A DNA stretch of 64,000 nt from Clostridia bacterium (GTDB taxonomy: Bacteria > Bacillota > Clostridia > Christensenellales > CAG-138), in contig JAVBWI010000027.1 of assembly GCA_036677445.1 (NCBI GenBank), positions 115,376 to 179,375 on the forward strand, written 5' to 3'. The number at the start of each line of letters is the position of its first letter. Position 1 is the stretch's first letter. Under the pieces are notes generated by a model, which worked only from the letters and a program-made list of their open reading frames with translations, had not been told where the DNA came from and searched no databases. The position numbers and the translations under genes were made by a program. Positions 49,322-58,152 of the stretch are shown here, in pieces.

Positions 49322-51019
49322 TTAGTTGGCCGCCCGCTTTGCGCGCGCGCCGCCCCGCGGGGCCATCAGCCGTTTTACGCGCGCCGCTATGCCGCCTCCG
49401 CCGCCGGTTTCCCCCGCGGGCCCATTGGGGGCGGCCGGGCCGCTCTGCGGCGGGGCGGCCGCAGGCTGCTCCGCCTCATCTGCGCGCTTGGCCTGTCTTA
49501 GCACCTGCTCCTTGCCGTCGAAGTGCATCAGCTCTACCGCCTGGTCGGGGCGGAGTACGCCAAGCTGTATCATCTGCAGCACCAGCTCGTTCTGGCTGAT
49601 GACACTCCAGCGGTTCTCCTTCTGCACCTTGATGGATATGGAAAACTCGACGGGCAGGCTGCGTCCGTCGGGCAGCGCGCGGGTGAGCATGCTTCCGTCG
49701 AAAACGCGCCGCTGCACCTGCCCGTCCATGGCGACGGAAACGACGCGCGGCAAGAGGTTAAACTCGCGTTCCACCTCGATTTCCATGCGCACGGCGTCGC
49801 GATAGGCCTCGTGCATCTGCCGGGAGGCCATGCGCGCGCGTTTGCTGCTCATTTCCTGCAGCGCCGCGATGGCGGAGGCCGCCGTGATGCCGCCCGCCGT
49901 CCCCCCGCGGGAAAAGTCGTTCGCTCCGCTTTCTTCCTTAATGGATTCGAGCATGCCTCGGATGTACTGCATGATGTACGAGGGCAGCGGCGGCGTGGCG
50001 AACCAGCTCACGCCGTTGAGGCTTTCGCCCGTGTGCACCTCCTTCGCCCAGTCGCGCAGGTCATCCGCGTCAAAGCCGCTCGCCTCGGTGATGAGCAGCT
50101 TGTTGTGCGAGGCCATCAGCGCGTTTTTGAGCACGATCTGGTCCAGCTTGTCGGCGTACTGCTGCTGCGCCGCAAACATGTCCACAAGGCCCAGCCCCAG
50201 CGGGCTTCCTTTGCGCGTGAATAGCGGCGTCACGATAAACGGGTACTGCCCGTTGGAAAAATAGCCTTGCGGCTTCAGCTCCCGGCTGTCCAACAGCACC
50301 TGCCCGCCCGCAAGCTGCGCCATGTGCACGCGGCAGCCGCCGGTTTTTTCGTCGTACTCGCGCCACCAGTATTCCAGCAGGAGCGCGGTCTTGGTGCGGT
50401 CGGCGGTGAGGAGTGAATCCTCCATCACGGATTGCTGCGCATACCCGTCCGAATCCCCGTCATAAGCGGGGAAGCGGGCGGACAGCCACTCGCGCGTGCG
50501 CACCGCGAACTTGAACACCGCGCGTCCGTCCTGAATATCTGTGCACAGCGGGTCGAAGAGTACGCCGCGATTGTCCGCGTGGCGAATGAACGCGCCGCCC
50601 AATCCGTTGTTGAGCGCGGGGTCATAGCCTACCTCCTGCACCATGTAGCCGCCCACGAGCAGGTCGTGCACCAGACGCCGGTATTCGCGCTCGTAGCAGG
50701 CGGCGTCGTGGTTCTGGCGGATCACCGCCTCCAGCACACGGGCGGCCGCCGTATCCTCCGGCGTTTCGGGCGAGATCACCGCCTCCGGCAGCGAATCCAT
50801 CAGGTCCGCCGCGATGTTCTCCACCGTGCTCTGTATTACGGGGGTCACGGGGCGCGGCTCGTTGGGGTCGCCTTGCGGAATGTCGTGCCAATGGTCGCCG
50901 CAGTACATGCGCTCGGCATGCTCCAGCCGCCGCCACTCGCCCGCGTAGGCGGCGCGGAATTCCTCGAACAGCGCGTACGCGCGGGCGCGCAGCGCATCCC
51001 GGCCTTCTTTTTGGTTCAT
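49322..51019 (-). CDS. Phage portal protein (P22-like podovirus type)
   Basis: 565 aa; W......RMYCGDHW......PRPVTPVIQSTVE, P.TPED...ARVL, LFDP, YPFI..P, N..SRG....G.TAASAI.ALQE; first gene of the cluster. Confidence 0.85.
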   Translation of the reverse strand: MNQKEGRDALRARAYALFEEFRAAYAGEWRRLEHAERMYCGDHWHDIPQGDPNEPRPVTPVIQSTVENIAADLMDSLPEAVISPETPEDTAAARVLEAVIRQNHDAACYEREYRRLVHDLLVGGYMVQEVGYDPALNNGLGGAFIRHADNRGVLFDPLCTDIQDGRAVFKFAVRTREWLSARFPAYDGDSDGYAQQSVMEDSLLTADRTKTALLLEYWWREYDEKTGGCRVHMAQLAGGQVLLDSRELKPQGYFSNGQYPFIVTPLFTRKGSPLGLGLVDMFAAQQQYADKLDQIVLKNALMASHNKLLITEASGFDADDLRDWAKEVHTGESLNGVSWFATPPLPSYIMQYIRGMLESIKEESGANDFSRGGTAGGITAASAIAALQEMSSKRARMASRQMHEAYRDAVRMEIEVEREFNLLPRVVSVAMDGQVQRRVFDGSMLTRALPDGRSLPVEFSISIKVQKENRWSVISQNELVLQMIQLGVLRPDQAVELMHFDGKEQVLRQAKRADEAEQPAAAPPQSGPAAPNGPAGETGGGGGIAARVKRLMAPRGGARAKRAAN

Positions 51020-51049
51020 GTGCCAACTCCTTTCTGTTTTGCGCGCAGC

Positions 51050-51080
51050 AAAAAAGCCCGCGCAAGTGCGTGAGCTTTTT
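51050..51080. terminator. Terminator-like hairpin just upstream of the portal gene
   Basis: AAAAAAGCCCGCGCAAGTGCGTGAGCTTTTT, with T-tracts on both strands. Confidence 0.6.
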
Positions 51081-51086
51081 ATAATG

Positions 51087-51138
51087 CGAACAAATGTTTT
51101 TATGTTAGCAGTATAGCACAGATATCCGAACGGTACAG
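51087..51138 (-). promoter_or_regulatory. Extended -10 promoter with a downstream LexA (Cheo) box
   Basis: Minus strand TG-c-TATACT (51115-51110); CGAAC-AAAT-GTTTT at 51087-51100 matches the Firmicutes SOS box GAAC-N4-GTTY. Confidence 0.6.
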
Positions 51139-51194
51139 GTGAGAAGCTTTCTTAGAAGGCATGGCGCAGGAATGCACCGCCAAACGCCCTGGCG

Positions 51195-52535
51195 CTAATG
51201 CATTACAAGCTCCCACGGGCAAACGAATTCTTTGCCGTCCAGGTAGAAAAGCGGCGAATCCTGTGAAAAATGCAGCGCCAGCCTGTAAGCAAGCAGCGCC
51301 TGCCTGCGCCTGTGCGCGGCCTTGTTCGCTGCGCGGTCGCCGTATTTGTCGTCGCCCAGCACGGGGTGGCCGGTATGCGAGAGATGCGCCCTGATCTGGT
51401 GCGTGCGGCCGGTGTACAGCCGCACTTCCAATAAGCTCTGTTCGCCGTCCGTTTCCAGTACGCGATAGCCGGTTTTGATGAGCAGCGCGCCGGGCGAGGG
51501 GGAATCGAACACATACAGCCTGCCCGCTTCCGCATCCTTTTTCGCCCAGGCTTCCAATATAGCCTCCTGCCGCTGCATGCGGCCCAGAACGATGCAGCGG
51601 TAGTACTTCTCGATACGCTGCTCCTTTATCGCCGCGGCCAGATCCCGCTCCGCCTCCGGCGTGCGCGCGAAAAGCAGCAGGCCTTCGGTGTTCGCGTCCA
51701 GCCGGTGTACGGGGTACAGCGCGCCAAAGTATGGTTCCAGCCTTGCCTGCAGGGAGTCTTTTCCGCCGTCCGCCGCTGTAACCTCAACGCCCGCGCGCTT
51801 TGCCACGACGAGCAGGTTTTCATCCGCATATACGACGTCACTGGCATCCTGCACAGGCAGCGCTGTGATTTGTGTGGAAAAAGGCGCGAACGCGCCGCCA
51901 TGCGGCAGGGAAAAGAACTGCATGCGCTCCTTTTTCGTGGGATGCTCGAATGCGAGCGAATATGCCCACAGCGCAATCTGTCCGCGCGCGGGCGAAGGAT
52001 GGTAACGCTGGTCAAAACGGATGGGCCAGCCGTGCGCGGCCAGCTGCGCGCGGATCTGGTGCTTGCGGCCGGTCAGCAGCGCAATGTCAAGCAGCGCATA
52101 CGCCCCTTCGCGCGCGAGAACCTGATAGCGCAGTACGGCCTGCCTGGCTTCCGGCGCGGGGTCGGGGGATACCTCCACCCGCAGCGCGCCTTCTGTATCG
52201 CGGATATAGTCGGTAAGCTCGCCGGATGGGGGGATATCCCCCTCCACTACTGCGGCATAGCGCTTTTGTGCCTGTCGAAGAGCAAACTGCGCAGAAAGCC
52301 GCGCCGCCGCCTTGCTGGTGCGCGCGAACACCATTGCGCCGCCCACGGGTCTATCCAGCCGGTGGCACAGGCCAAGGTATACCGCGCCCGGCTTGTTATA
52401 TTTTTCTTTGATATAGGCTTTGAGTATGGAAAGAAGATCCTCGTCGCCCGAAGAATCCGCCTGTACCGGCGTGTTCGCGGGCTTTTCCACAACCAGGATA
52501 TGATTGTCCTCGTACAAAATGGGGGGTACGCTCAC
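51195..52535 (-). CDS. RluA-family pseudouridine synthase with two tandem catalytic domains
   Basis: Domain 1: VVEKP, HRLDRPVGG, TGRKHQIR. Domain 2: VVAKRAG, HRLDANTEG, TGRTHQIR, HPVLGDDKYG. Confidence 0.9.
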   Translation of the reverse strand: MSVPPILYEDNHILVVEKPANTPVQADSSGDEDLLSILKAYIKEKYNKPGAVYLGLCHRLDRPVGGAMVFARTSKAAARLSAQFALRQAQKRYAAVVEGDIPPSGELTDYIRDTEGALRVEVSPDPAPEARQAVLRYQVLAREGAYALLDIALLTGRKHQIRAQLAAHGWPIRFDQRYHPSPARGQIALWAYSLAFEHPTKKERMQFFSLPHGGAFAPFSTQITALPVQDASDVVYADENLLVVAKRAGVEVTAADGGKDSLQARLEPYFGALYPVHRLDANTEGLLLFARTPEAERDLAAAIKEQRIEKYYRCIVLGRMQRQEAILEAWAKKDAEAGRLYVFDSPSPGALLIKTGYRVLETDGEQSLLEVRLYTGRTHQIRAHLSHTGHPVLGDDKYGDRAANKAAHRRRQALLAYRLALHFSQDSPLFYLDGKEFVCPWELVMH

Positions 52536-53380
52536 AGCCACCACGCCCTCCCCGATGCGCCGCAGGGCAGCGTAAGCTCCCCGCGCTCAATGGGCAGGCC
52601 GACTTCATCGGATTCCACCCTCGCGCCGCGGCCAGATAAAGCCACAGTAAGCACATTTTTCAGCACGCTGGGCGCCAGGCCCGTCGTGTAGGAATTGATC
52701 AGAAAAAACAGCGGCGTATCCGAAAGCAGCTTTACCGCCGCATCCACCAGAGGGTAAAGATCCTGCTCGATCTTCCACATCTCGCCGTCCGGCCCGCGGC
52801 CGTAGCTGGGCGGGTCCATCAATATGCCGTCGTAGCGGTTGCCGCGCCGCTGCTCCCGCAGTACGAATTTCATTACGTCGTCCACCAGAAAGCGTACGGG
52901 TGCATCCTGCATGCCGCTTGCCGCAAGGTTGTCCTTCGCCCAGGCGGTCATGCCTTTAGCCGCGTCCACATGCGCCACCTGCGCGCCCGCTTTGGCGCAG
53001 GCGCAGGTAGCGCCCCCCGTGTAGGCGAACAGGTTCAATACCTTTGCGCCGGGGCGCCGGTCAAGAAGCGACCGCATCCAGTCCCAATTCACGGCCTGTT
53101 CGGGGAACAGCCCCGTATGCTTGAAGCCCGTTGGCCGCACGAGGAATGTAAGGTCGCGGTAGCGTATGCGCCAGCCTTCGGGGAGCGTCCGCCTATATTC
53201 CCAATGCCCGCCGCCTGTGCTGGAGCGGATATAATGCGCATCCGGCGCGGACTCCGTCCGCAGGGGCCATACGGCCTGCGGATCGGGGCGCAGCAGGGTA
53301 AACTTGCCCCAGCGTTCCAGCTTTTCGCCGCCGCCCGCGTCAAGCAGCGCATAATCCTCCCAGCCGTCTGCCAGATACAT
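52532..53380 (-). CDS. Class I SAM-dependent methyltransferase (RlmI/RlmK-like)
   Basis: FKHTGLFPEQ, VLNLFAYTGGAT, DPPSYGRG. Confidence 0.9.
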   Translation of the reverse strand: MYLADGWEDYALLDAGGGEKLERWGKFTLLRPDPQAVWPLRTESAPDAHYIRSSTGGGHWEYRRTLPEGWRIRYRDLTFLVRPTGFKHTGLFPEQAVNWDWMRSLLDRRPGAKVLNLFAYTGGATCACAKAGAQVAHVDAAKGMTAWAKDNLAASGMQDAPVRFLVDDVMKFVLREQRRGNRYDGILMDPPSYGRGPDGEMWKIEQDLYPLVDAAVKLLSDTPLFFLINSYTTGLAPSVLKNVLTVALSGRGARVESDEVGLPIERGELTLPCGASGRAWWL

Positions 53381-54432
53381 TACTCTCCCTCTTCCTCTGC
53401 GTTTTCAGGCAGCACCGTCTTCGGGCGGAGGCCGTCCGCCACAACGGCGATCAGGCCCAGCCCGAGCGCGCTGTAATAGGTGATCAATCGCCACAGCAGC
53501 AGGGCGGGGAAACGCGCCGCGGGCGTAAACAGCTTGGCAAACACCATGTAAAAGCCGCCTTCGCTGGCGATAGAAGCGCCGGGCAGCGGAACAAAGCATA
53601 CGGCGATGTACAAGAGGCCCTGCAGCAGCACCACATACAGAAAGCCGTGCGTCGAAAAGCCCAGCCCACGGTAGATAAAATACGTTACCGCCATATACGC
53701 TGCCGCTTCGCCCGCAGACACCAGCCAAATAAGGAACATACCCAGCCGCTGTTTGAGCGCGAAGCGTACCGCGCCCTGATAATCCACAATGATGCGCTTC
53801 CAGTTTTTGTGAATATTCTCGACGGTCTCGGCTTTTTTGATCAGGCGGTGGCGCGCCAGGAAATCTATAAGACTCTCTCCTGTGCGAAATATCCAGTCCG
53901 GCTTGGTAAACGCGAGCAAGGCAACCACCAGAATGCCAAGGCACAGCAGGTAGCCGATGATGTACAGCACGATCATGGTGATGCCGCCTTCGAGCACATC
54001 TCCGGAAATGAATATAAAGCCCAGCGTGCCTAACAGCGTGAGCGTAAACTGCCAGGCCAAAAGCTTGAGCATCAGTACGGAGGTCGCCACGCCCACCCGC
54101 ATGCCGCGCCTGCGCATCTGCAGCACCTGCATGGGCTGCCCGCCGGAAGAGAACGGCGTGAGCGCGCTGTAAAAGAACCCCAGCATGGTGGTCAGTACGC
54201 TCTCCCCGAGCGGCTGGGGGGCTTCCATGTATTTGCAGGCAAGCTGATACATCAGCACATCGAAATAATAGTAAAGCAGCATACTCCCGACCGCTGCGAT
54301 AAACCAGAGAGGGTCGATCTGGCGAATGACCTCGCTGATATCTGCAACGTTCGGGTCAAGCAGCGCCATCAATGCAAGTATAACGAGCGGCAGCAGCACC
54401 AGGAGGATCTTTTTCCAAAGCCCTTTCCGCAT
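53380..54432 (-). CDS. Lysylphosphatidylglycerol synthase TM (flippase-like) domain protein
   Basis: Multi-TM; LTPFSSGGQP, VPLPGAS..SEGGF, LLWRLITYY. Confidence 0.85.
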   Translation of the reverse strand: MRKGLWKKILLVLLPLVILALMALLDPNVADISEVIRQIDPLWFIAAVGSMLLYYYFDVLMYQLACKYMEAPQPLGESVLTTMLGFFYSALTPFSSGGQPMQVLQMRRRGMRVGVATSVLMLKLLAWQFTLTLLGTLGFIFISGDVLEGGITMIVLYIIGYLLCLGILVVALLAFTKPDWIFRTGESLIDFLARHRLIKKAETVENIHKNWKRIIVDYQGAVRFALKQRLGMFLIWLVSAGEAAAYMAVTYFIYRGLGFSTHGFLYVVLLQGLLYIAVCFVPLPGASIASEGGFYMVFAKLFTPAARFPALLLWRLITYYSALGLGLIAVVADGLRPKTVLPENAEEEGE

Positions 54433-54610
54433 AGAAACCTCTCTTCTTCTGAATTATGCCTATAGTATCATGCCCACTGCATACACGCAAGCCGGATGGA
54501 GTTAGTTCCCAGTATCTTCACATTGCAGTCCGAATGGCTTTCCATTCCAGAAAAGGGGCCTTCTTGCGCTTGCCGTTCCCTGCGGGTATACTACAGTGGG
54601 AGGTGGCAAT

Positions 54611-55927
54611 ATGCAACAGCAGGATCTGTTCTCCGCCGCGCGCAAAAACGCGGCGCCCCTTGCAGACCGCATGCGCCCGCGTACGCTGGATGAATTTATA
54701 GGCCAGCAGCATATCGTGGGGCCGGGGCGGCTTCTTCGCCGCGCCATCGAGATGGACCGCCTGCAAAGCAGCATATTTTTCGGCCCCCCCGGCTGCGGCA
54801 AAACGACGCTCGCCTCCGTCATCGCGAACGCCACGGGCGCGGCGTTCGAAAAGCTCAACGCCGTCACGGCGGGCGTAAAGGACGTGCGCGAGATCATCGC
54901 CCAGGCGGAGGACAGGCTGTCGCTCTACGGGAAATCCACCTACCTGCTGCTGGACGAATGCCACCGCTGGAACAAGGCGCAGTCGGACAGTATTTTGCCC
55001 GCGCTGGAAAAGGGCACGCTGCGTTTTATAGGCTCCACCACCGAAAACCCCATGATCAGCATGACGGGCGCTATCGTAAGCCGCTGCCGTGTGTTCCAAT
55101 TCTATCCGCTTTCCACAAAAGATATCGAGTCCGCGGTGCGGCAGGCGCTTTTTGACAGCGAGCGCGGGCTGGGAAAGTACCATGCGGAGCTTTCGCCCGA
55201 AGCGATGGAACACATTTGCCGCATGGCCAACGGCGATTGCAGGACTGCGTTAAACGCGCTGGAGCTTGCCGTGTTGACCACCGCGCCGGATACGGACGGC
55301 GTTATCCGCATCACGCAGGAGATCGCGGCCGAATCCGTGCAGCAAAAGGTCATCGCGCTCGACGAACAGCTGTATTACGATATGCTCAGCGCCTTTTGCA
55401 AAAGCCTGCGCGGCAGCGACGCGGACGCCGCGCTCGCGTGGTTCGCGCGGCTCATTTACGCGGGCATGGATCCTCGCATCATCGCCCGGCGGCTCATCGC
55501 CCACGCCAGCGAGGATATCGGTATGGCCAACCCGCAGGCCATGGTGCAGGCGGTTTCCGCCGCGACGGCGCTCGAGTACATCGGCATGCCGGAAGCGCGG
55601 CTGCCGCTCACGCAGGCGATATTGTATTTGTGCGAATCCCCCAAATCCAACGCCGTGGTTATGGCGGTGGATGCGGCCATGGCCGACGCCGCTTCTACGT
55701 TTGACGAGCCCGTTCCCGTGCATTTAAGGGATACCTCCTACAGCGGCGCGAAAACGCTGGGCGCGGGCAAGGGCTACAAATACCCGCACGACTTTCCCGG
55801 CCATTATGTGGAGCAGGACTACCTGCCCCCCTCGTTGAAAAACAAACGATATTACCAGCCAAGCGATCAGGGCAGCGAGGCGGCCATCCGTGAAAACCAT
55901 AAAAAGCGGGGAAAAATAAAAGAATAA
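54611..55927 (+). CDS. rarA: Replication-associated recombination protein A (AAA+ ATPase)
   Basis: PLADRMRPRTLDEFIGQ, GPPGCGKT, DECHR, TTENP, KSLRGSD, ASEDIG, GYKYPHD. Confidence 0.95.
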   Translation: MQQQDLFSAARKNAAPLADRMRPRTLDEFIGQQHIVGPGRLLRRAIEMDRLQSSIFFGPPGCGKTTLASVIANATGAAFEKLNAVTAGVKDVREIIAQAEDRLSLYGKSTYLLLDECHRWNKAQSDSILPALEKGTLRFIGSTTENPMISMTGAIVSRCRVFQFYPLSTKDIESAVRQALFDSERGLGKYHAELSPEAMEHICRMANGDCRTALNALELAVLTTAPDTDGVIRITQEIAAESVQQKVIALDEQLYYDMLSAFCKSLRGSDADAALAWFARLIYAGMDPRIIARRLIAHASEDIGMANPQAMVQAVSAATALEYIGMPEARLPLTQAILYLCESPKSNAVVMAVDAAMADAASTFDEPVPVHLRDTSYSGAKTLGAGKGYKYPHDFPGHYVEQDYLPPSLKNKRYYQPSDQGSEAAIRENHKKRGKIKE

Positions 55928-55931
55928 AAAC

Positions 55932-56312
55932 GAGGCTGCCTCAGATGCAAAAATCCGAGACAACCTACATTCACGAAAAGTAATGGAAAATTGGCTATAC
56001 GCTCATCCGATTTGGTAGTACAGCAGGTCAAACGCGCACCAAAGGGGGCGCGGGGGGCGAAGCAGCGCGCCCCCTGCGGCGGAGCAAGTGCGACGGAAGG
56101 CCAGTGGGCAAAGGAGTGCAAGGAAGCGGCGCTTGCCGCTTTCGATGCGCGACTATTGCGAACTGCTAAAGCCCGCCCGCTATTAAATAAAATAATCGAT
56201 CGCGACGGCCCGCAGGCCTAGTGTCCGAGGCGTCTCCCGCCGAGGACGCGCCGCTGTATCGGCGATACCATAAGAATGTCAGCTGACAAGTCTGCATGCC
56301 GGAGACAGCCCC
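55932..56312. mobile_element. MITE-like element (family 2) with GRGGCTGYCTC terminal inverted repeats
   Basis: Left end GAGGCTGCCTCA; right end GGAGACAGCCCC (reverse complement GGGGCTGTCTCC); non-coding, multi-hairpin interior between convergent genes. Confidence 0.5.
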
Positions 56313-56329
56313 ATTCTATGCAAATTGTC

Positions 56330-56917
56330 TTAAGTATTGCCTTGACCGGGGCGCGGGCACGCCGCAGGCTCCGCCCGCTCCAGCCGCAGCACACGCGCCA
56401 CCGCCTTGTACAGCAGGAAGGTCAATAAGCCGTTCGCGCCCGCCTTTACGGCGTTAAAGGGCACGATGACGGGCAGCAGCATATCCACCACGACCTGCCG
56501 CGGCACGCCCATAAAGCCAACCGTGAATATGAGGTTGAGCGGTATCATCATCAGTATCATGGCCACACCGCCGCACAAGAGCGCCGTAACCGCACCCTTG
56601 CGGCAGCGCCAGCGGCGGTAAATTGTCCCCGCCACCAGCACGAACGCGCCTGTGGCGCAAAAGTGCATCAGCGCGCCGACCCAGCCGCTCACCTGGGAGA
56701 CGAGGAGCCATTGCAAGAGGCTTACCACCGCCGTCAAAAGCAGCCCCCACAGCGGCCCGTAAAGGAATGTACCGATCAATATGGGCACATCCGCCATGTC
56801 GTACTCCAGGAACGAAGCGCTGGGGAATATGGGGAAGCGAATGAAATACACCAGCAGCAGCGAAAGCGCCGCCAGCATCCCCAAGCGAACCAACCGACCT
56901 GTGTTTTCCCGTTTCAT
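56330..56917 (-). CDS. ECF transporter S component, probably riboflavin-specific (RibU-like)
   Basis: FLEYDMADVPILIG..LYGP..G, ..PFNAVKA; multi-TM; under an FMN riboswitch. Confidence 0.85.
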   Translation of the reverse strand: MKRENTGRLVRLGMLAALSLLLVYFIRFPIFPSASFLEYDMADVPILIGTFLYGPLWGLLLTAVVSLLQWLLVSQVSGWVGALMHFCATGAFVLVAGTIYRRWRCRKGAVTALLCGGVAMILMMIPLNLIFTVGFMGVPRQVVVDMLLPVIVPFNAVKAGANGLLTFLLYKAVARVLRLERAEPAACPRPGQGNT

Positions 56918-56952
56918 TTTTCCCTTCTCCGTTTCAAATAGCGTATGCTTCT

Positions 56953-56985
56953 GCAAAAAAACGCCCCCGGTTCGGGGGCGTTTCA
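56953..56985 (-). terminator. FMN riboswitch terminator
   Basis: AAACGCCCCCG/CGGGGGCGTTT stem with a T-tract on the minus strand. Confidence 0.8.
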
Positions 56986-57014
56986 ATCAAAGTGCGGCGC
57001 AAAAAAATCGTCGC

Positions 57015-57160
57015 GCTTCTCTCGTCCGGACTATACCGTCGGCGCCAAATTCGCATTGGCTCAACCCTGCAATCACTTGCCGGGCTCGCGGGCTCGTCGG
57101 TAAGGCTCTCGCCCTGCCGCATCACCGCCGGTGGGGAATTGCACCCCGCCCCGAAGCATC
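57015..57160 (-). ncRNA. FMN riboswitch (RFN element)
   Basis: Minus strand CTTCGGGGCGGGGTGCAATTCCCCACCGGCGGT..AGCCCGCGAGC..GCCGACGGTATAGTCCGGACGAGAGAAG. Confidence 0.95.
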
Positions 57161-57237
57161 GCACACAGTATAGCAGATTGGAACGCGGGATTCAATACCC
57201 TGCGTGTGAATAACGCGTGTAATATGTATCCAGCAGA

Positions 57238-57822
57238 TTATTGTTCTATCAATACGGCCCTGCAGAACGCCCCTTCCGCGCCCGCAATTTTTACGGGCGG
57301 CGCAAACAGCGTGTAGCTCCCCTCCGGCACATTGCAAAGGTCAAGCTGCTCGATGATGGCGACATGGTTTTGTAACAGCGCCGTGTGCACGGGCAGCTCC
57401 TCATCCGGCCGCGCAACGCTCAGCGCGTCGGTGCCTACCGTGACGACGCCGCGGGAAACGAGGTATTCCGCCGCCGCAGGCGACAGGTACGCGTTCCCGC
57501 CACCCTTTAACAGCAGGCGCAAAGTATCTTTGGGCAGATAGCTTTCCAAATAGGCCGCGTCCAAACGCGCGTTTTCGGGCACGGCAAGGACGGTGCAGGG
57601 GCCGATGTAATGCGTGAGCGGCATGGCGGCAATATCCGCCCCGCCCTCGTAGAAATGCAAATACGCGTCGCAGTGCGTGCCCGCGTGCAGGCTCGCGTGC
57701 AGCGTGGAAAGGTTATAGGAATCCCCCCGGGCCATGCTGCAGTTCGTTTGGAGCTCGGCCGGCGGGGTGCCGGGGTAAAGCGGCGCGGAACGAAGTTCGC
57801 GCGAGATGTCGTAGATGCGCAC
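57238..57822 (-). CDS. Cyclase-family metal-dependent hydrolase (kynurenine formamidase-like)
   Basis: YDISR, HAGTHCDA, GTDALS, H..LL....IIEQL, GAEGA.CRAV. Confidence 0.88.
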   Translation of the reverse strand: MRIYDISRELRSAPLYPGTPPAELQTNCSMARGDSYNLSTLHASLHAGTHCDAYLHFYEGGADIAAMPLTHYIGPCTVLAVPENARLDAAYLESYLPKDTLRLLLKGGGNAYLSPAAAEYLVSRGVVTVGTDALSVARPDEELPVHTALLQNHVAIIEQLDLCNVPEGSYTLFAPPVKIAGAEGAFCRAVLIEQ

Positions 57823-58152
57823 AGGGCATACCGCCTCGCATGTTTTTCACCAGTATAGCATATCGGATTGTCGTATGGCGTTTTGCCGGAGTATTTCATA
57901 TATAATTCGCTTTCCAACCCGCTCCGCCTTTGATATGGCTGCCGATTATGCTAAGATATACATGCTGTCACGCATATGCTGCGTGCGCAGTTTTACAGCG
58001 GTTTTTCAGGGACAATGGGGTCCGCACAGATAAATATATACATAGCGTGATAAGAATGCCTGCGCCAATCAAATTTGCCGTGCCATTCGCGGCAAATATT
58101 ACGCCCGGCCGGTGCCTTCAGTTGCCGGCGGGTATAAGGAGGTTTCCTATCC

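Noticed and set aside
40544-51138. Complete inducible prophage
   Set aside because: No integrase, att repeats, repressor, replication, terminase or lysis genes are visible between the flanking housekeeping genes.
57830-58150. SAM (S-box) or T-box riboswitch upstream of megL
   Set aside because: No ATCAAGAG..GGCAACC..GTGC S-box core and no T-box motif found.
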